In this document: positions 46,522 to 57,485 of the stretch, in pieces
How positions within the stretch are numbered: position 1 is the stretch's first letter
Layout of the letters: every line of letters begins with the position of its first letter
IMG/VR virus record: IMGVR_UViG_3300030329_005813
Span: 64,001-128,000 of that record
Source: a virus
Length of the DNA: 64,000 nt
Strand: one strand, 5' to 3'
Made by a program: the position numbers and the translations under genes
The notes under the pieces: generated by a model
The model's input: only the letters and a program-made list of their open reading frames with translations
Database searches by the model: none
What the model was told of the DNA's origin: nothing

Positions 46522-49500
46522 CTATTTCCTTGGCGGCAATTTAGATCTTTTTTTCGAGGGGCTCGCTTTTTTTTGAACTCCTTCCGCAACCTTTTCTTCA
46601 TCCGACTTAATAACTAGTTTAGAATCAATATCTTTATCGATAGGTGAAAATTTAATTTCTGACTCTAGTTTTATAAGCTCTATTAATGAAAAGAAGTCAT
46701 ATGGCCAGTTATAACTAAAACTTGTTTCAGCTGTTGCTTCTTTACTAGAGCGGCCGGCTTGAGACCTAAATCGATATCTTGGATCAGCATCCGTATCAAA
46801 TCCTGCCACTTTAGAATAATAGTTGTTATTTGCTTTCTGCTTAACTTTGAAAACCATCCATTTAAGTTTATCATTTATTGGCTCATTTGTTCTTTCGGCC
46901 ACATTTCCAAATATTTCGTTTAATAATAGTTTGTGACTTATTTTGGTCTCAGCCATTTTTACTATCTTGCCGGTAGGGGGCATTAAGTTTTGCCACATAT
47001 GTACTAAATCATTTTGTGTAAACTCGTATTCAAATTCAAAAATATACATAGAAATTGGATCTACTTTGTCTGGGAACGAAAGGAAGTCCATTGTCGGAGG
47101 AATAACAAATTTTTGCATAGAGTTAACTAAGCTTTTAACGGACTCTCCGACTAAATCAGTGTCCGGATTTTTAACAACTGCGTTAACGAGCCTTTTATCG
47201 ATATTAAAAAACTTTCTAGTACCGGCCTTCTCAATAAATGGAACAGCAACTATTCCCTCTCGTACTACTTTCTTATTGGCTGTTTGTCCGAGTTTAATTG
47301 ATTTTTCTTCAAAAGTAATCACATCAAGTAATGAATTAATTCCGCCGCCGGCACCATAATAGCTATTATAGTTTCTGTGATCGTAAGCAGATGCGTTTTG
47401 ATCAATTGTGTGGTTAGAGTCGCCGGCTGAAGATACATAAAGCGGTACTCGACCCTCAATAAACTCTGATGGAATTTCTGTAACTTCTAAAAAGATTCCC
47501 CTGGATGGATCCGTTGGAATTACGCCAAATTGATGCCACATGCCTCTGGAGACAGATTCAGAGTTGTTTGATGGATATGTTAAAGTTCCTACACTATTTT
47601 TAATCGGATGGACTCCAGTGTCTGAAAAATTATACATTGGTGTCTCAAACTTAGGCTGAATCACCCAGCTTGAATTTTCTGCGCCTCCGGGTCGAACGGC
47701 TTTTGGATTTCCATTTTCATCAAATTCGGCAACTGGTTCAATAACCTTTTGGAAGAGGTTAAAAGATGAACTTAGCTGCATAGCAAATCTATTAATATTC
47801 ATTTCACCATATGGATGTGTATTATTTGCTAATGAAAGGCCACCAGCAGAATGATCAAAGCGCCAATATATTTTTCTAGAAGTTGACAATATATCATCCA
47901 ATGTCACGAAACTTGAACTAGGACTAAACAAAACATCACACCAAGCTTCACCATCATAATATGGAGGGGTAAATCCTGGATTTACTCCCCTTAAGGAGTC
48001 GACTACTTTAACTCTATTATAGTAGTTGGCGGCGCCAATATCTTTTCCTCTTCCAGATACCGGTGGCCCGAAAGCTGATGGGCGACTATACATTGTAAAT
48101 GTTTCGCGCAGATCTCTTATGCTATAATCTAAAAGAGTATCTTGAGGAACAAAATATTTCCCAATTCGACTTCGCTGGCGTGCAATATTGTAAGATTTAC
48201 GAATTTTAATTCTCATACCATAAATTTCACCTTCCTTGAAGGCTTTAAATTGTTTTTCTGGTTTAGATTTAAGAGTGGTAAATTCTCCATTTGGTAAAAA
48301 GAATTCTGGTACCTCGGCTAAAAAGTTACTGGCCATCATCTTGTATAGATTATCGCCGCGACCATCCCAAGAGCTTGTTAATCGCATTGAGGCTGATGGA
48401 TGAGGTTCCATATCAACAAACTGTACATATGGAATATGATCTTCCGGTCTCACCAGTGTCTCGAATGGCACACGATAATCCCAACCAGATAGCTTTCCAC
48501 CAGAGTCTTTCGGTGCATTGGAACTAGTTGCCAACAGGTAGTAATCTGTAGTTTCCCCGTCTACATCTTTAGGTCGGTTAACTCTATAGGAAGAAGTAAA
48601 TACTGGATAATCTACGGCGATACCTGATTTAATTGTGTTAAATAGAATGCCCGGGGCAAACAATGGTGCGATTAAAGGCCTAAGGCGCGCATTTGCAAAC
48701 CCTTCATCGTTTGCACTACCCGGGGATGGGTTTGTTGTAAACGCAGCGTATGATTTGGAAAATTGCGTTGCTATCTCTACAGTTCTTTCTGCTGGATAAA
48801 ATCCATTATAAGGTAGAAATTTCATTGCCGCTTTACAAGTTAGTATCAACTCGGTGGGATTTGCAATTTCCTTATGATCTTTTCGTAGAGAAGCAAAGTG
48901 CTTTAAGAAGTCAGAAGTAGAATATACTGAATAAAAACTATCTTCTGAACTGTTTTGTGGCACACTTGAGCCAGTGGGGGATCCCTCGATTGATAATAAT
49001 TTAGGATTCTTAGCTAAGAAGTTACCTTGCTGCTGCTTCATATAAAAATCAATATGCTCGCTGATTCTAAACTCTGGCACTATTGAATAATCTTTGGCCA
49101 TAACTCGCAAGTCTTCAGCATAGTCATCGTAACTATCGTAAAATGGAGCAGCTGATGCGCTTACAAAAACCCCGTCGGCGTTAATCTTACCTGCTTGTTC
49201 GCCGGCTTCCCACTTAGTAATTCCACCATAAATTTTCATTCTTCCCATAGGATGGCCGCCAATTGGCGACACTGATGAAGTTGCTGCTAAATGAGGCCCT
49301 GTCAAAGAGCGCACAGAAGAAGTAGTTTGAATTAAATGTGGTCTTGCGTATATGCAAGAAGCTGTTACTGTAGTCTTATTGCCATGATGGATAAAGCTTG
49401 ATATATCTTGTAAAATGCCCACCGAACCAGTATCTGCCAAAACAGCTTTAACGCTATCGGAGGAAGCCGTAACGTAAGATCCCTCTCTCATACCATCCAG

Positions 49501-52500
49501 GTTCCAAGAACTTCTCTTAGATCCTGGACCTACTATCGCCGCATCTGTGGCCGGGTCATTGCTATCAGCAGTTATACCGTGCCAACTTAGTTTTGATTGT
49601 CCCAAAGCTCTTCTATCGACTTCTGACGTTCTCCAAAAGTTGTTTGTATACGAGTTTCTTTTCCTTGCTTTGTAAATATAAGTGTTTGACTCTCTCGGAT
49701 AAACACACTCTTTGTAAGAAAAATTAATAAAACTTTCAATAGGAGTGGAAGGGCTCTCTAATCCGCCTCTTAAATAATATTCTGAGACTGTTTTATATCC
49801 AGCGGGAGGAGACTTGGTAAATCCTCTGTCTCTGTCAAGTTTCTTATCGGTAAAGAACACAAGATCATTTCCATACGTTGAATTAATATTAATCGGACGG
49901 GTTGCTGTTACTTCCTTGCCACGCTCTTTAAAAGTAGTTCTAGTGCCTAATCTAAATCTAGTAGGATAATATTTAGACGATACAGGAGGCTCTGTAAAAG
50001 TCCTTAAGGCGCCAAATCTTTCAACTTTTTCTTGCCTTCCTCTTCCCATATCCTCTGTAACAAGATGACGGCCGGGAGTTTCATTATAGGAAATAATATT
50101 ATTTCTTCTTAAGTAACGACCAATACGAGTTTCACCAGTACGAATCTGTTTCCAAGTAGGATATCCGTATGGGCCATTTCTATTAAGGGTAAGAGAGTTT
50201 AAGACCGTAGCATCAATTCCTGGATTTCCACTAATCCCTAATGGCGTTGAAATAACCTCACCGGTTGATGAGCCAGCAAGAGTGTTGCCATACAAGAACA
50301 CAGCCCTGTCTGTTTTGCCAGATTGTGAACTACCAGTTAAAGTCAGAGTATTTGTATCGATGACTTGGCGTATATTTAAATTTAAACCTACAAAGTCAGT
50401 ATTAAGGAATCCCGTACCATAAGTTCCGTCATTAACAGATTTATCAAAAGTATTGGCATTACCCCAAACTCTCAAACCATTACTATCAACCTTTGTAACA
50501 TAATCACTAGCGCTTACAAAGTTATAAGCGGGTATAAATCCGGGACCAATAGAAACACCATCACGATACGTAAAAGAGACTGAACTAGAGTGCATACCAT
50601 CTGGATGGGGGTGTCCCAAAACAACGGTACGCTGACTTGGCTCATTATCAACTAAAGAAGCTGTAATCCAAGCATACTGTGTATCTGATTGCGGAATTTC
50701 GTGTGATATGTAATAGTTATCGCGGACGGCTTCTCTTACAGTTGTTTCAGACACTGTTCTAGAACTTGACAACTTGTATCTTAACGCAGAGTTTCTATTT
50801 GTCTTATGGAAAGCAGCAATTCCAGTATAATCGTCGCTGCTAACAGATGACCCTGAAGCAAATCCAAACTGACCGGCGTGTTCTCTTAAAAGTATTTTTA
50901 AGGGAATCCTAACAGTTAAGTTTCTATAGTTTATACTATTGTAGGGTGAATATTGAGCCGAAGCGTAGTCTAAGGCTGGTCCACCATTTGCATCACCGGC
51001 TGTTTCAGGGCCGCCGGGTGCAGAAAATCTTTCTACAAAAATATAATCTGTTCTTCCAACCGAGCTGGACTGGATAGAAAAGTCTGGCTTGGCCACATCG
51101 GCAAACTCACCTAACTTACCAGCTGGGTTAGCTGAGGAATATCCTCTTGCGCTTTCTGCCCCGTCGCCTCCAGGATTAAATTTGCCCGTACCTTGATGTT
51201 TGATAAACGCTCTCTTGTTAGTATCGCGATCCGTAACTTGCACAATTTCATAGTGTTTTGTAAAGTTACCAATACTGTTTAGCTTGCCGGAACCAGTTAA
51301 TTGTTGAATATTTCTAATATTAACAGGTCTTTTGGCCTTAACATTTCTATAAAAATCTCCTCTAGGCTTATCTGTATCTTGGCTAAGCACTTTGATACTG
51401 GTGCTTGAAACAGAAAGCTTCCAGCCCTCCAATCGGCTAGCTAGGGAGTCTAAATCGGTATTTAAGTCGACGTGACGATGAGGCAACCCACCAACGTATT
51501 TTTCTGTAAATGGCCCCTGCATTGATGCTTCGCCAGTTTCAACGACATCTTGATGCAAGTTATTGATTTCTAAAGTTCCAGCAGTAGAAAGACCTCCAAT
51601 ACTAACACTACTAAGGGTTGAAGCATAGCCTGTAGCTACACTTGATTTATATAGCGTAAAGGGAGCTATGCCCCCCTTAGAGGTTACTGCGGAGGCGTCA
51701 GTAGCCTGAAATATAAGTGGTGTTTTGTTGTTCGGAAGAGTTGGGTATGTTCCGGCTAAGGGCAGATGACGACTTTGAACACAGCTTTGTTCATCTTTAA
51801 TGTTTGAAATTTCTATAAACTTAGATGCATCTCCCGGTGTTGTCGAATTTCTCCAATACGTATACTTAGAATTTGGCCCACCTGCTGGGTTATGACCGGC
51901 GCCAATTTGACCATTCCAGGCGCCAATAATAGAGCGACTGCTCATTCCAATGCCCATAAATAATCGATAAACTCTAGAAAATCTATTATTAGGATAATAA
52001 GAGCCTGTATAAATCGGAATGTTATTTACACCAACTTTTGTTACGCCGGCTGTGCCTTGAAGCGCGGTGTGCTGTGGAACAGAAGCGGATATAAAAGAGT
52101 AGCCTTTTTTCTTATATATTTCTCTTTGCTCATCAATAATCGCCACCTGCGCTGCACTTCTATCTACAGATGCCTTATCAGAAGTAAGCGAAGCTCCTTG
52201 TCTTTCAGCTCTTTGCTTCCACCAAAGACAATTTTTGCCTTGGGGCTGTGGATGCACAACTTTGGTACCAGGATTATTTAATGGTGCGTGACCAATACGC
52301 CAGTTATACGTATGCTCGTAAAGTCCCTTAATTTGACCTTCTATTTCTGTCTTGGGAGTCCGAAGAGTTGGTAATTTATGACGATACTTATTTCTAGTTA
52401 ATACAGTATCCTCTACCATATTTCGTATATCGTCAGAAAATCTAGATGAACCTGGGACCAACTGCTGGAGCATTTGTCCTAAGGCTGTATCGAGCCATTG

Positions 52501-55500
52501 ATAGTATGAAAGATACTTGTCTAAGTCTGGAATATTTTCGACTCTTTCGTAGAATATCTGCCTCAGCTTAGACATGTCTTTATATTCATGCCTATACCTG
52601 TTGATTGGCTCACCAATAAGATTATTAAACTCTTCAATTCCAGCAAACATATTTAACATTTCTTCTGAGATAGCTTGATACATACTCTTTTCAAATGTAA
52701 AATAATGCTTTATCGGTCTGGTTTCTCTGGTAAAAAGAAGATCGTCATCGGTTCTAATTTCAACCATATCGTGACTATTCATTTCTTCCGGAAGTTGGTA
52801 TCTAGCGGAGCTAATGTAATTTGTATCAACCGCAGCAGTGGTATTTGTTTTGAAAAAATAACCACGAGCATTATATTGATTGTTAACTATGGGATCCATA
52901 TCCGGGTCACGAAATCTTCTTTTCGTTAGTGACCCAGAGGAAAAATCCTGTACAATAAACTCTCCGTCTGCATCTGAACCAGTGACGTTAGAAAAGTCCC
53001 AGTTAAGGGCTAGAGTTTCATATTCCGGGATCCACACACCAGTTAGCGCATTTTCTAATAAATACGCACTTCTTAGAGGATGACGGGCGCCATAGTTTTC
53101 GGTATCACGGGCATGTGCTTGTATAACTTTGTTGTCCAGATACATTTGCCAGTGTCGAAGGTAACCAACTTTAACACTAGAATACTCATTAATTGTTCCG
53201 CCGGTAACATTAGTTCTACGAGCACCAACATAATATCTTCTAGGTACTGTAATGTCAGAGTGAATCGCATTACCACTTAAAGCAAACTCTTCTACAACTT
53301 GATCGTATACTGTATGTACGCCGTAAAGACTAACTTCTACATGAGTACTAGGGCCGGTATCTCCTGGGCCGCCGGTTAAATAGGTACCTATATGACCGTG
53401 AGTTGAAGATGGATCGGCTGGGGTGATGGATGAAGTTAAAACATTTCTAGTTCTTAGTGCAAAGGTCCAGCGTTGATCGTCGTATACATCCATATACATA
53501 CTAGAAGTTGCTATTGTTACGTTATTTGATCGATCAATTAAATAGAAACTAGCGTGTTTAGATTCAGAATCTGGTCGAACAGCAAGGACTTGATATCCTG
53601 AACCGCCCGAAGGTTTAATAAAGTCATCTGGGTCTGGATCAGCTTGGTCCCAACCAAATATAGAAGAGGACACAAAAGTTAACTCGACATATCCAATATC
53701 AGCTGGTGATTTAATCCGTGGAAAAATAACTTCCGATTCTGCTGTAGTAGATATATCCTTATGAGAAGCTGAGATATAAGTTACGCCAATCGAATCAGAG
53801 TTTTTGGCCCCACCAGCCTGACTAGATGTCTGGTGTGTTACAACGGCATCTTGATTATCTGTTTGGTGAAAATCAATAAAATTCTTTTTTACAGCTTTTG
53901 GTCTGAAATTATTTCTCAGTAGTTGTGTCGTATTATCCGCGTAGAGGTTAATTCTTATGAGATCTTCATCTACACCAAAGCAACGTATTAAGTTACGAAA
54001 TGATTTTTCAGTTCCCTTTGATTTAAAAATATAAACTAAGTTGTTGTAGATATTCTTATAGATTAAATTCTTAATCTTATGCAGATCTTCGCTATACTCT
54101 CTTTTTGAGTCTAAGTTTCGAATTGCAGATATTACATCAGCGTTGGCAAATATCTCTGAATTTATGAAACCTTTGGATTCCAAGAGACGATTTGCAAACG
54201 GCAGTGGTTTTCCACTTGAAGTTTGATACGTGGTAGAATGTAGTGATGGTATTGCCTCTATCTGAAGATAAAGCGTATCAAAGTAATTACCAATAATCTG
54301 GGTTAGGTTTTTAAGCTGGCCGCCGGACTCTGTATCTTCATCAATAATCCAACTTGGAAGAGAATGATAAATAGAATTGCTATTTCTAATATCGTGATAG
54401 CTAGCTGAGGCCGCAAGATTATTTCTCAGTGTTTGTATATCTGGATGCGTATGGTATACTACAGGATCTTTGTACTCTGATTTATTAGAGCCGCTGGACT
54501 CTATGATAGCCGAGCCCGTGCTTCTTGCATCGGATGCATAACCAACCCAAATACCGTTTGACGTGCGACCAGAGTAGTCCAACACAACGGAGTCTAAAGT
54601 AGAATCAGTTGTAATCCCTTCGTTGAATTTATAATATACGCCCAGCTCAGCGTTTGATATGTCTGTATTTGTTCCGCCGCGAACTTGTGTAAAATAATTG
54701 TCTCTAATTTGTTTACTAGTTCTTTGCACTTTCCAATATCTAAACTCATCGATAGAGCCAGATAACTTGCCCCAGCCAACCATATTGTCGGATGGAGTAG
54801 TTGTAGACACTGGCAGATTAGGATGCGTCTGAAGGGCGCCGATAAATCCAATCAAAGAGCCTGTAACTTCGCCAGTTGTAGAGCCGGTGGCTACTGTATT
54901 GACAAGTTGGCCGTCGCGATAAAACTTAACGACGTTATTGGAGGCACCTTTTACAATTGAAAAAGCATAATGGTGCCATTTATTATCGGCCACTTTTGAA
55001 GTAGTTATAGTTGCGCCACCTAGCGGCAGGTTTTGGAAGCCAGCACCTGCACCGGTTGCAATTGCCCCGGAAACAAAAGTAAGGCGAAAAGGGTTCTCAT
55101 TAGATTCGGCAGGACCGGAAGCGGTAAGCTCAATTCTTAAACGGCCGTGCCTAGCATCCGAAGAAGTGACTTGGTTCCATAGATCAAAAATAACTTCCTT
55201 TTGTGTTTTGCTAGCGATAAAAGATTCTTTTTTAAGCCAAAATTCGACCGTGATACCATCGTCAAGGTTCATACGAAGGTTTGATTCATAAGTGCCGTCG
55301 CGGCCCGCTGGAGACGCCTTAGCGGCGCTGTAAATGTCTGTACTGTAATAGTTTGAACCAGTAAATGAAACTCCGAGCGAACCTGAGGGCATACCATACG
55401 ATGCGGTATGAGGGCCACCACGAACTTCAATATACTCTTTATTTGTGGGCTCACCATAGTATTGGTTTGCTGCTGCTGGAGATGTATCATTTGCACCCCA

Positions 55501-55875
55501 GCCGCCATTATCATCGGAAGTATCGTGAGGTGAGAAAGTAATATATCCTGTTGTTCTAGGATATAAGTTGTCAAATATATACCTATCAATATAATTTGAC
55601 TCATTGTGGTATTCGTTTATTTCAGCTTCTGAACCATCGTAAGGATAAGATCTAAGAATCCTATCAACAGCATCTACATAATACTTCTCTGCTAATCCGA
55701 ATCTGGCAAAGTTCTCAGGATTTGAAAAATCAACTTGAGGGATATAACGGTCGATATCGATAAATCTTTGTTTTATGTTTCTTTCTGATTCAGCGCCAGC
55801 ATCTAGGCTCTGGAGGTCAGTAGACGTAACAACTTTATCGGTCTTACCCTTGTCAAAAAGTTTCTTAATAGCCAT
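46522..55875 (-). CDS. giant baseplate wedge-like protein with LamG/ConA-like domains
   Basis: 3117 aa; TVEFWLK..DNKWHHYAF..KFYRDG..GSIDEFRYWK LamG; IYNNLVYIFKSKGTEKSFRNLIRCFG (gp7/P2 gpI-like KGT motif); follows the gp6-like gene. Confidence 0.65.
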   Translation of the reverse strand: MAIKKLFDKGKTDKVVTSTDLQSLDAGAESERNIKQRFIDIDRYIPQVDFSNPENFARFGLAEKYYVDAVDRILRSYPYDGSEAEINEYHNESNYIDRYIFDNLYPRTTGYITFSPHDTSDDNGGWGANDTSPAAANQYYGEPTNKEYIEVRGGPHTASYGMPSGSLGVSFTGSNYYSTDIYSAAKASPAGRDGTYESNLRMNLDDGITVEFWLKKESFIASKTQKEVIFDLWNQVTSSDARHGRLRIELTASGPAESNENPFRLTFVSGAIATGAGAGFQNLPLGGATITTSKVADNKWHHYAFSIVKGASNNVVKFYRDGQLVNTVATGSTTGEVTGSLIGFIGALQTHPNLPVSTTTPSDNMVGWGKLSGSIDEFRYWKVQRTSKQIRDNYFTQVRGGTNTDISNAELGVYYKFNEGITTDSTLDSVVLDYSGRTSNGIWVGYASDARSTGSAIIESSGSNKSEYKDPVVYHTHPDIQTLRNNLAASASYHDIRNSNSIYHSLPSWIIDEDTESGGQLKNLTQIIGNYFDTLYLQIEAIPSLHSTTYQTSSGKPLPFANRLLESKGFINSEIFANADVISAIRNLDSKREYSEDLHKIKNLIYKNIYNNLVYIFKSKGTEKSFRNLIRCFGVDEDLIRINLYADNTTQLLRNNFRPKAVKKNFIDFHQTDNQDAVVTHQTSSQAGGAKNSDSIGVTYISASHKDISTTAESEVIFPRIKSPADIGYVELTFVSSSIFGWDQADPDPDDFIKPSGGSGYQVLAVRPDSESKHASFYLIDRSNNVTIATSSMYMDVYDDQRWTFALRTRNVLTSSITPADPSSTHGHIGTYLTGGPGDTGPSTHVEVSLYGVHTVYDQVVEEFALSGNAIHSDITVPRRYYVGARRTNVTGGTINEYSSVKVGYLRHWQMYLDNKVIQAHARDTENYGARHPLRSAYLLENALTGVWIPEYETLALNWDFSNVTGSDADGEFIVQDFSSGSLTKRRFRDPDMDPIVNNQYNARGYFFKTNTTAAVDTNYISSARYQLPEEMNSHDMVEIRTDDDLLFTRETRPIKHYFTFEKSMYQAISEEMLNMFAGIEEFNNLIGEPINRYRHEYKDMSKLRQIFYERVENIPDLDKYLSYYQWLDTALGQMLQQLVPGSSRFSDDIRNMVEDTVLTRNKYRHKLPTLRTPKTEIEGQIKGLYEHTYNWRIGHAPLNNPGTKVVHPQPQGKNCLWWKQRAERQGASLTSDKASVDRSAAQVAIIDEQREIYKKKGYSFISASVPQHTALQGTAGVTKVGVNNIPIYTGSYYPNNRFSRVYRLFMGIGMSSRSIIGAWNGQIGAGHNPAGGPNSKYTYWRNSTTPGDASKFIEISNIKDEQSCVQSRHLPLAGTYPTLPNNKTPLIFQATDASAVTSKGGIAPFTLYKSSVATGYASTLSSVSIGGLSTAGTLEINNLHQDVVETGEASMQGPFTEKYVGGLPHRHVDLNTDLDSLASRLEGWKLSVSSTSIKVLSQDTDKPRGDFYRNVKAKRPVNIRNIQQLTGSGKLNSIGNFTKHYEIVQVTDRDTNKRAFIKHQGTGKFNPGGDGAESARGYSSANPAGKLGEFADVAKPDFSIQSSSVGRTDYIFVERFSAPGGPETAGDANGGPALDYASAQYSPYNSINYRNLTVRIPLKILLREHAGQFGFASGSSVSSDDYTGIAAFHKTNRNSALRYKLSSSRTVSETTVREAVRDNYYISHEIPQSDTQYAWITASLVDNEPSQRTVVLGHPHPDGMHSSSVSFTYRDGVSIGPGFIPAYNFVSASDYVTKVDSNGLRVWGNANTFDKSVNDGTYGTGFLNTDFVGLNLNIRQVIDTNTLTLTGSSQSGKTDRAVFLYGNTLAGSSTGEVISTPLGISGNPGIDATVLNSLTLNRNGPYGYPTWKQIRTGETRIGRYLRRNNIISYNETPGRHLVTEDMGRGRQEKVERFGALRTFTEPPVSSKYYPTRFRLGTRTTFKERGKEVTATRPININSTYGNDLVFFTDKKLDRDRGFTKSPPAGYKTVSEYYLRGGLESPSTPIESFINFSYKECVYPRESNTYIYKARKRNSYTNNFWRTSEVDRRALGQSKLSWHGITADSNDPATDAAIVGPGSKRSSWNLDGMREGSYVTASSDSVKAVLADTGSVGILQDISSFIHHGNKTTVTASCIYARPHLIQTTSSVRSLTGPHLAATSSVSPIGGHPMGRMKIYGGITKWEAGEQAGKINADGVFVSASAAPFYDSYDDYAEDLRVMAKDYSIVPEFRISEHIDFYMKQQQGNFLAKNPKLLSIEGSPTGSSVPQNSSEDSFYSVYSTSDFLKHFASLRKDHKEIANPTELILTCKAAMKFLPYNGFYPAERTVEIATQFSKSYAAFTTNPSPGSANDEGFANARLRPLIAPLFAPGILFNTIKSGIAVDYPVFTSSYRVNRPKDVDGETTDYYLLATSSNAPKDSGGKLSGWDYRVPFETLVRPEDHIPYVQFVDMEPHPSASMRLTSSWDGRGDNLYKMMASNFLAEVPEFFLPNGEFTTLKSKPEKQFKAFKEGEIYGMRIKIRKSYNIARQRSRIGKYFVPQDTLLDYSIRDLRETFTMYSRPSAFGPPVSGRGKDIGAANYYNRVKVVDSLRGVNPGFTPPYYDGEAWCDVLFSPSSSFVTLDDILSTSRKIYWRFDHSAGGLSLANNTHPYGEMNINRFAMQLSSSFNLFQKVIEPVAEFDENGNPKAVRPGGAENSSWVIQPKFETPMYNFSDTGVHPIKNSVGTLTYPSNNSESVSRGMWHQFGVIPTDPSRGIFLEVTEIPSEFIEGRVPLYVSSAGDSNHTIDQNASAYDHRNYNSYYGAGGGINSLLDVITFEEKSIKLGQTANKKVVREGIVAVPFIEKAGTRKFFNIDKRLVNAVVKNPDTDLVGESVKSLVNSMQKFVIPPTMDFLSFPDKVDPISMYIFEFEYEFTQNDLVHMWQNLMPPTGKIVKMAETKISHKLLLNEIFGNVAERTNEPINDKLKWMVFKVKQKANNNYYSKVAGFDTDADPRYRFRSQAGRSSKEATAETSFSYNWPYDFFSLIELIKLESEIKFSPIDKDIDSKLVIKSDEEKVAEGVQKKASPSKKRSKLPPRK

Positions 55876-55883
55876 TTATTAAC

Positions 55884-57485
55884 TTATTCCACTCTAAATT
55901 TAAATGTTTCCGGTTGCTCATCCCAAGACCCAACGGAGCCATTATAGTAAGCCACTTTGATAGCATATGCGTATCCTGGTTCAAACAATCGCATATCAAC
56001 GTCAAAATAGTTTCCTGAAACGTCGTATGACATTTGTGTGTGTAGCAAACTACCGGTGCCGTGTGGAATAACTTCAAGCTCATCTATGACTCTGTAAAAT
56101 CTATAAGACCCACTATCAATAATATATGGAGTTGCCTCAACAGTGGCTTTAGTGTAAATAGTTGGGCACCAATCTTTTTGTCTGACATATAATCTAAAAC
56201 GAGCTTGTTCATTCGTGGAATATATTGATTTTAAATTCGTAATGCTAGAAGCATAAGTTGTAGATGGATTTAAAGCAGGAGTATCAAACTTCTTGGGCCT
56301 AAATGATGAAGTTAAAAATTCTATTCTGCCGGTTTGATTATGAACGCCTGTGTTTGCCCAAACAGCGTATACTTTCGTTATGTCAACTGTTGAGGAAGTA
56401 ATTGCAAAAGATGCAGAGTATATTCCTGTTGAAACATAACCACCTGTAATCACTGTGTTGCCAGCCGCTTGAACGCCGCCACCTTGAGGAAGCAAAATTG
56501 ATGATGTTGATGGAGATGTATTTCCTATAGATCCTGAATAGAGTTCTACAAAAAGAGGTCCAGTGCCGATGTCTGGAATATTTCTTAGTTGCCCTCTAAC
56601 GTAGTTATACATATAAATTGTATTTAAGTTTTCTGCTTGCGGGGCCAACGAGCTACTAAAAAATATGTTGCCAGTGTCGTCTTTAGTAGCGCTATTCCAT
56701 CGAGCCTCAAGGCAGGGACGCTTAAAGAAAAACTCAGTTCCCCTTGCAAAAAACTTCTTTGTATAGAACGAAGTAGTTGACCCAGTAAGATTATTTAAGT
56801 TTCCATCGTGGTCTGTTCCGGATGGATTTCCTTGAAAGTAGGCCTCTTGTGATCCTGTTAGGCGAACTATAAAGCCATGATTCTTTTTTGTGCCGTCAAG
56901 CCATTGTTCGACTAACGTTGTCACGTTAATTTTTAAATCCGCGGTTGGGCCGCTACCAGTTACTCCTGATACACCTGCACCAAAAGATGCCGTATATGTA
57001 GGAGACTGGTGGAAATTTCCACCTTGCCTATCCCACGCAACCCGAACTCCATTGTCACCATCTTCGGCATAAACCCAGTTACAACCACCATCTCCATTAG
57101 TTAGATCTGTATAGCCTTCCATATCTAGGCCTTTGCCTTCGGACCAATCTTTTTGTAGTGCCTCGATCACTAAAATTGCATTTTTTGGAAGAGTCTGACT
57201 ATGTTCAGCGTTATACAATCTTAAATAAAAATCTACTTGGTTTGCAGCAGGTAAATCACCATTGTTTCTATCGACTTTAATGGTATTTGCGGCGCCGGAC
57301 AAATCAAACTTGATTAGGGCTCGCGCAAGCTCTTGAGACCCGGATGATTCTTGCCCATAGATAGAAAATACTTCTAGTATATCAGATAAACCCATATTAG
57401 CACCAGTAGCTCGGGTTGTTAGATTACTTTGAAAAGCGTTTGTTATTGTGTTGTCTGCACTGGCATAATATCTCTTAATAGCCAT
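55884..57485 (-). CDS. putative virion protein with a DNRLRE-like carbohydrate-binding fold
   Basis: ASADNTI, RALIKFDL, W.EG.G, INVTTLVEQWLDG.KKNHGFIVR, PCLEARW. Confidence 0.55.
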   Translation of the reverse strand: MAIKRYYASADNTITNAFQSNLTTRATGANMGLSDILEVFSIYGQESSGSQELARALIKFDLSGAANTIKVDRNNGDLPAANQVDFYLRLYNAEHSQTLPKNAILVIEALQKDWSEGKGLDMEGYTDLTNGDGGCNWVYAEDGDNGVRVAWDRQGGNFHQSPTYTASFGAGVSGVTGSGPTADLKINVTTLVEQWLDGTKKNHGFIVRLTGSQEAYFQGNPSGTDHDGNLNNLTGSTTSFYTKKFFARGTEFFFKRPCLEARWNSATKDDTGNIFFSSSLAPQAENLNTIYMYNYVRGQLRNIPDIGTGPLFVELYSGSIGNTSPSTSSILLPQGGGVQAAGNTVITGGYVSTGIYSASFAITSSTVDITKVYAVWANTGVHNQTGRIEFLTSSFRPKKFDTPALNPSTTYASSITNLKSIYSTNEQARFRLYVRQKDWCPTIYTKATVEATPYIIDSGSYRFYRVIDELEVIPHGTGSLLHTQMSYDVSGNYFDVDMRLFEPGYAYAIKVAYYNGSVGSWDEQPETFKFRVE

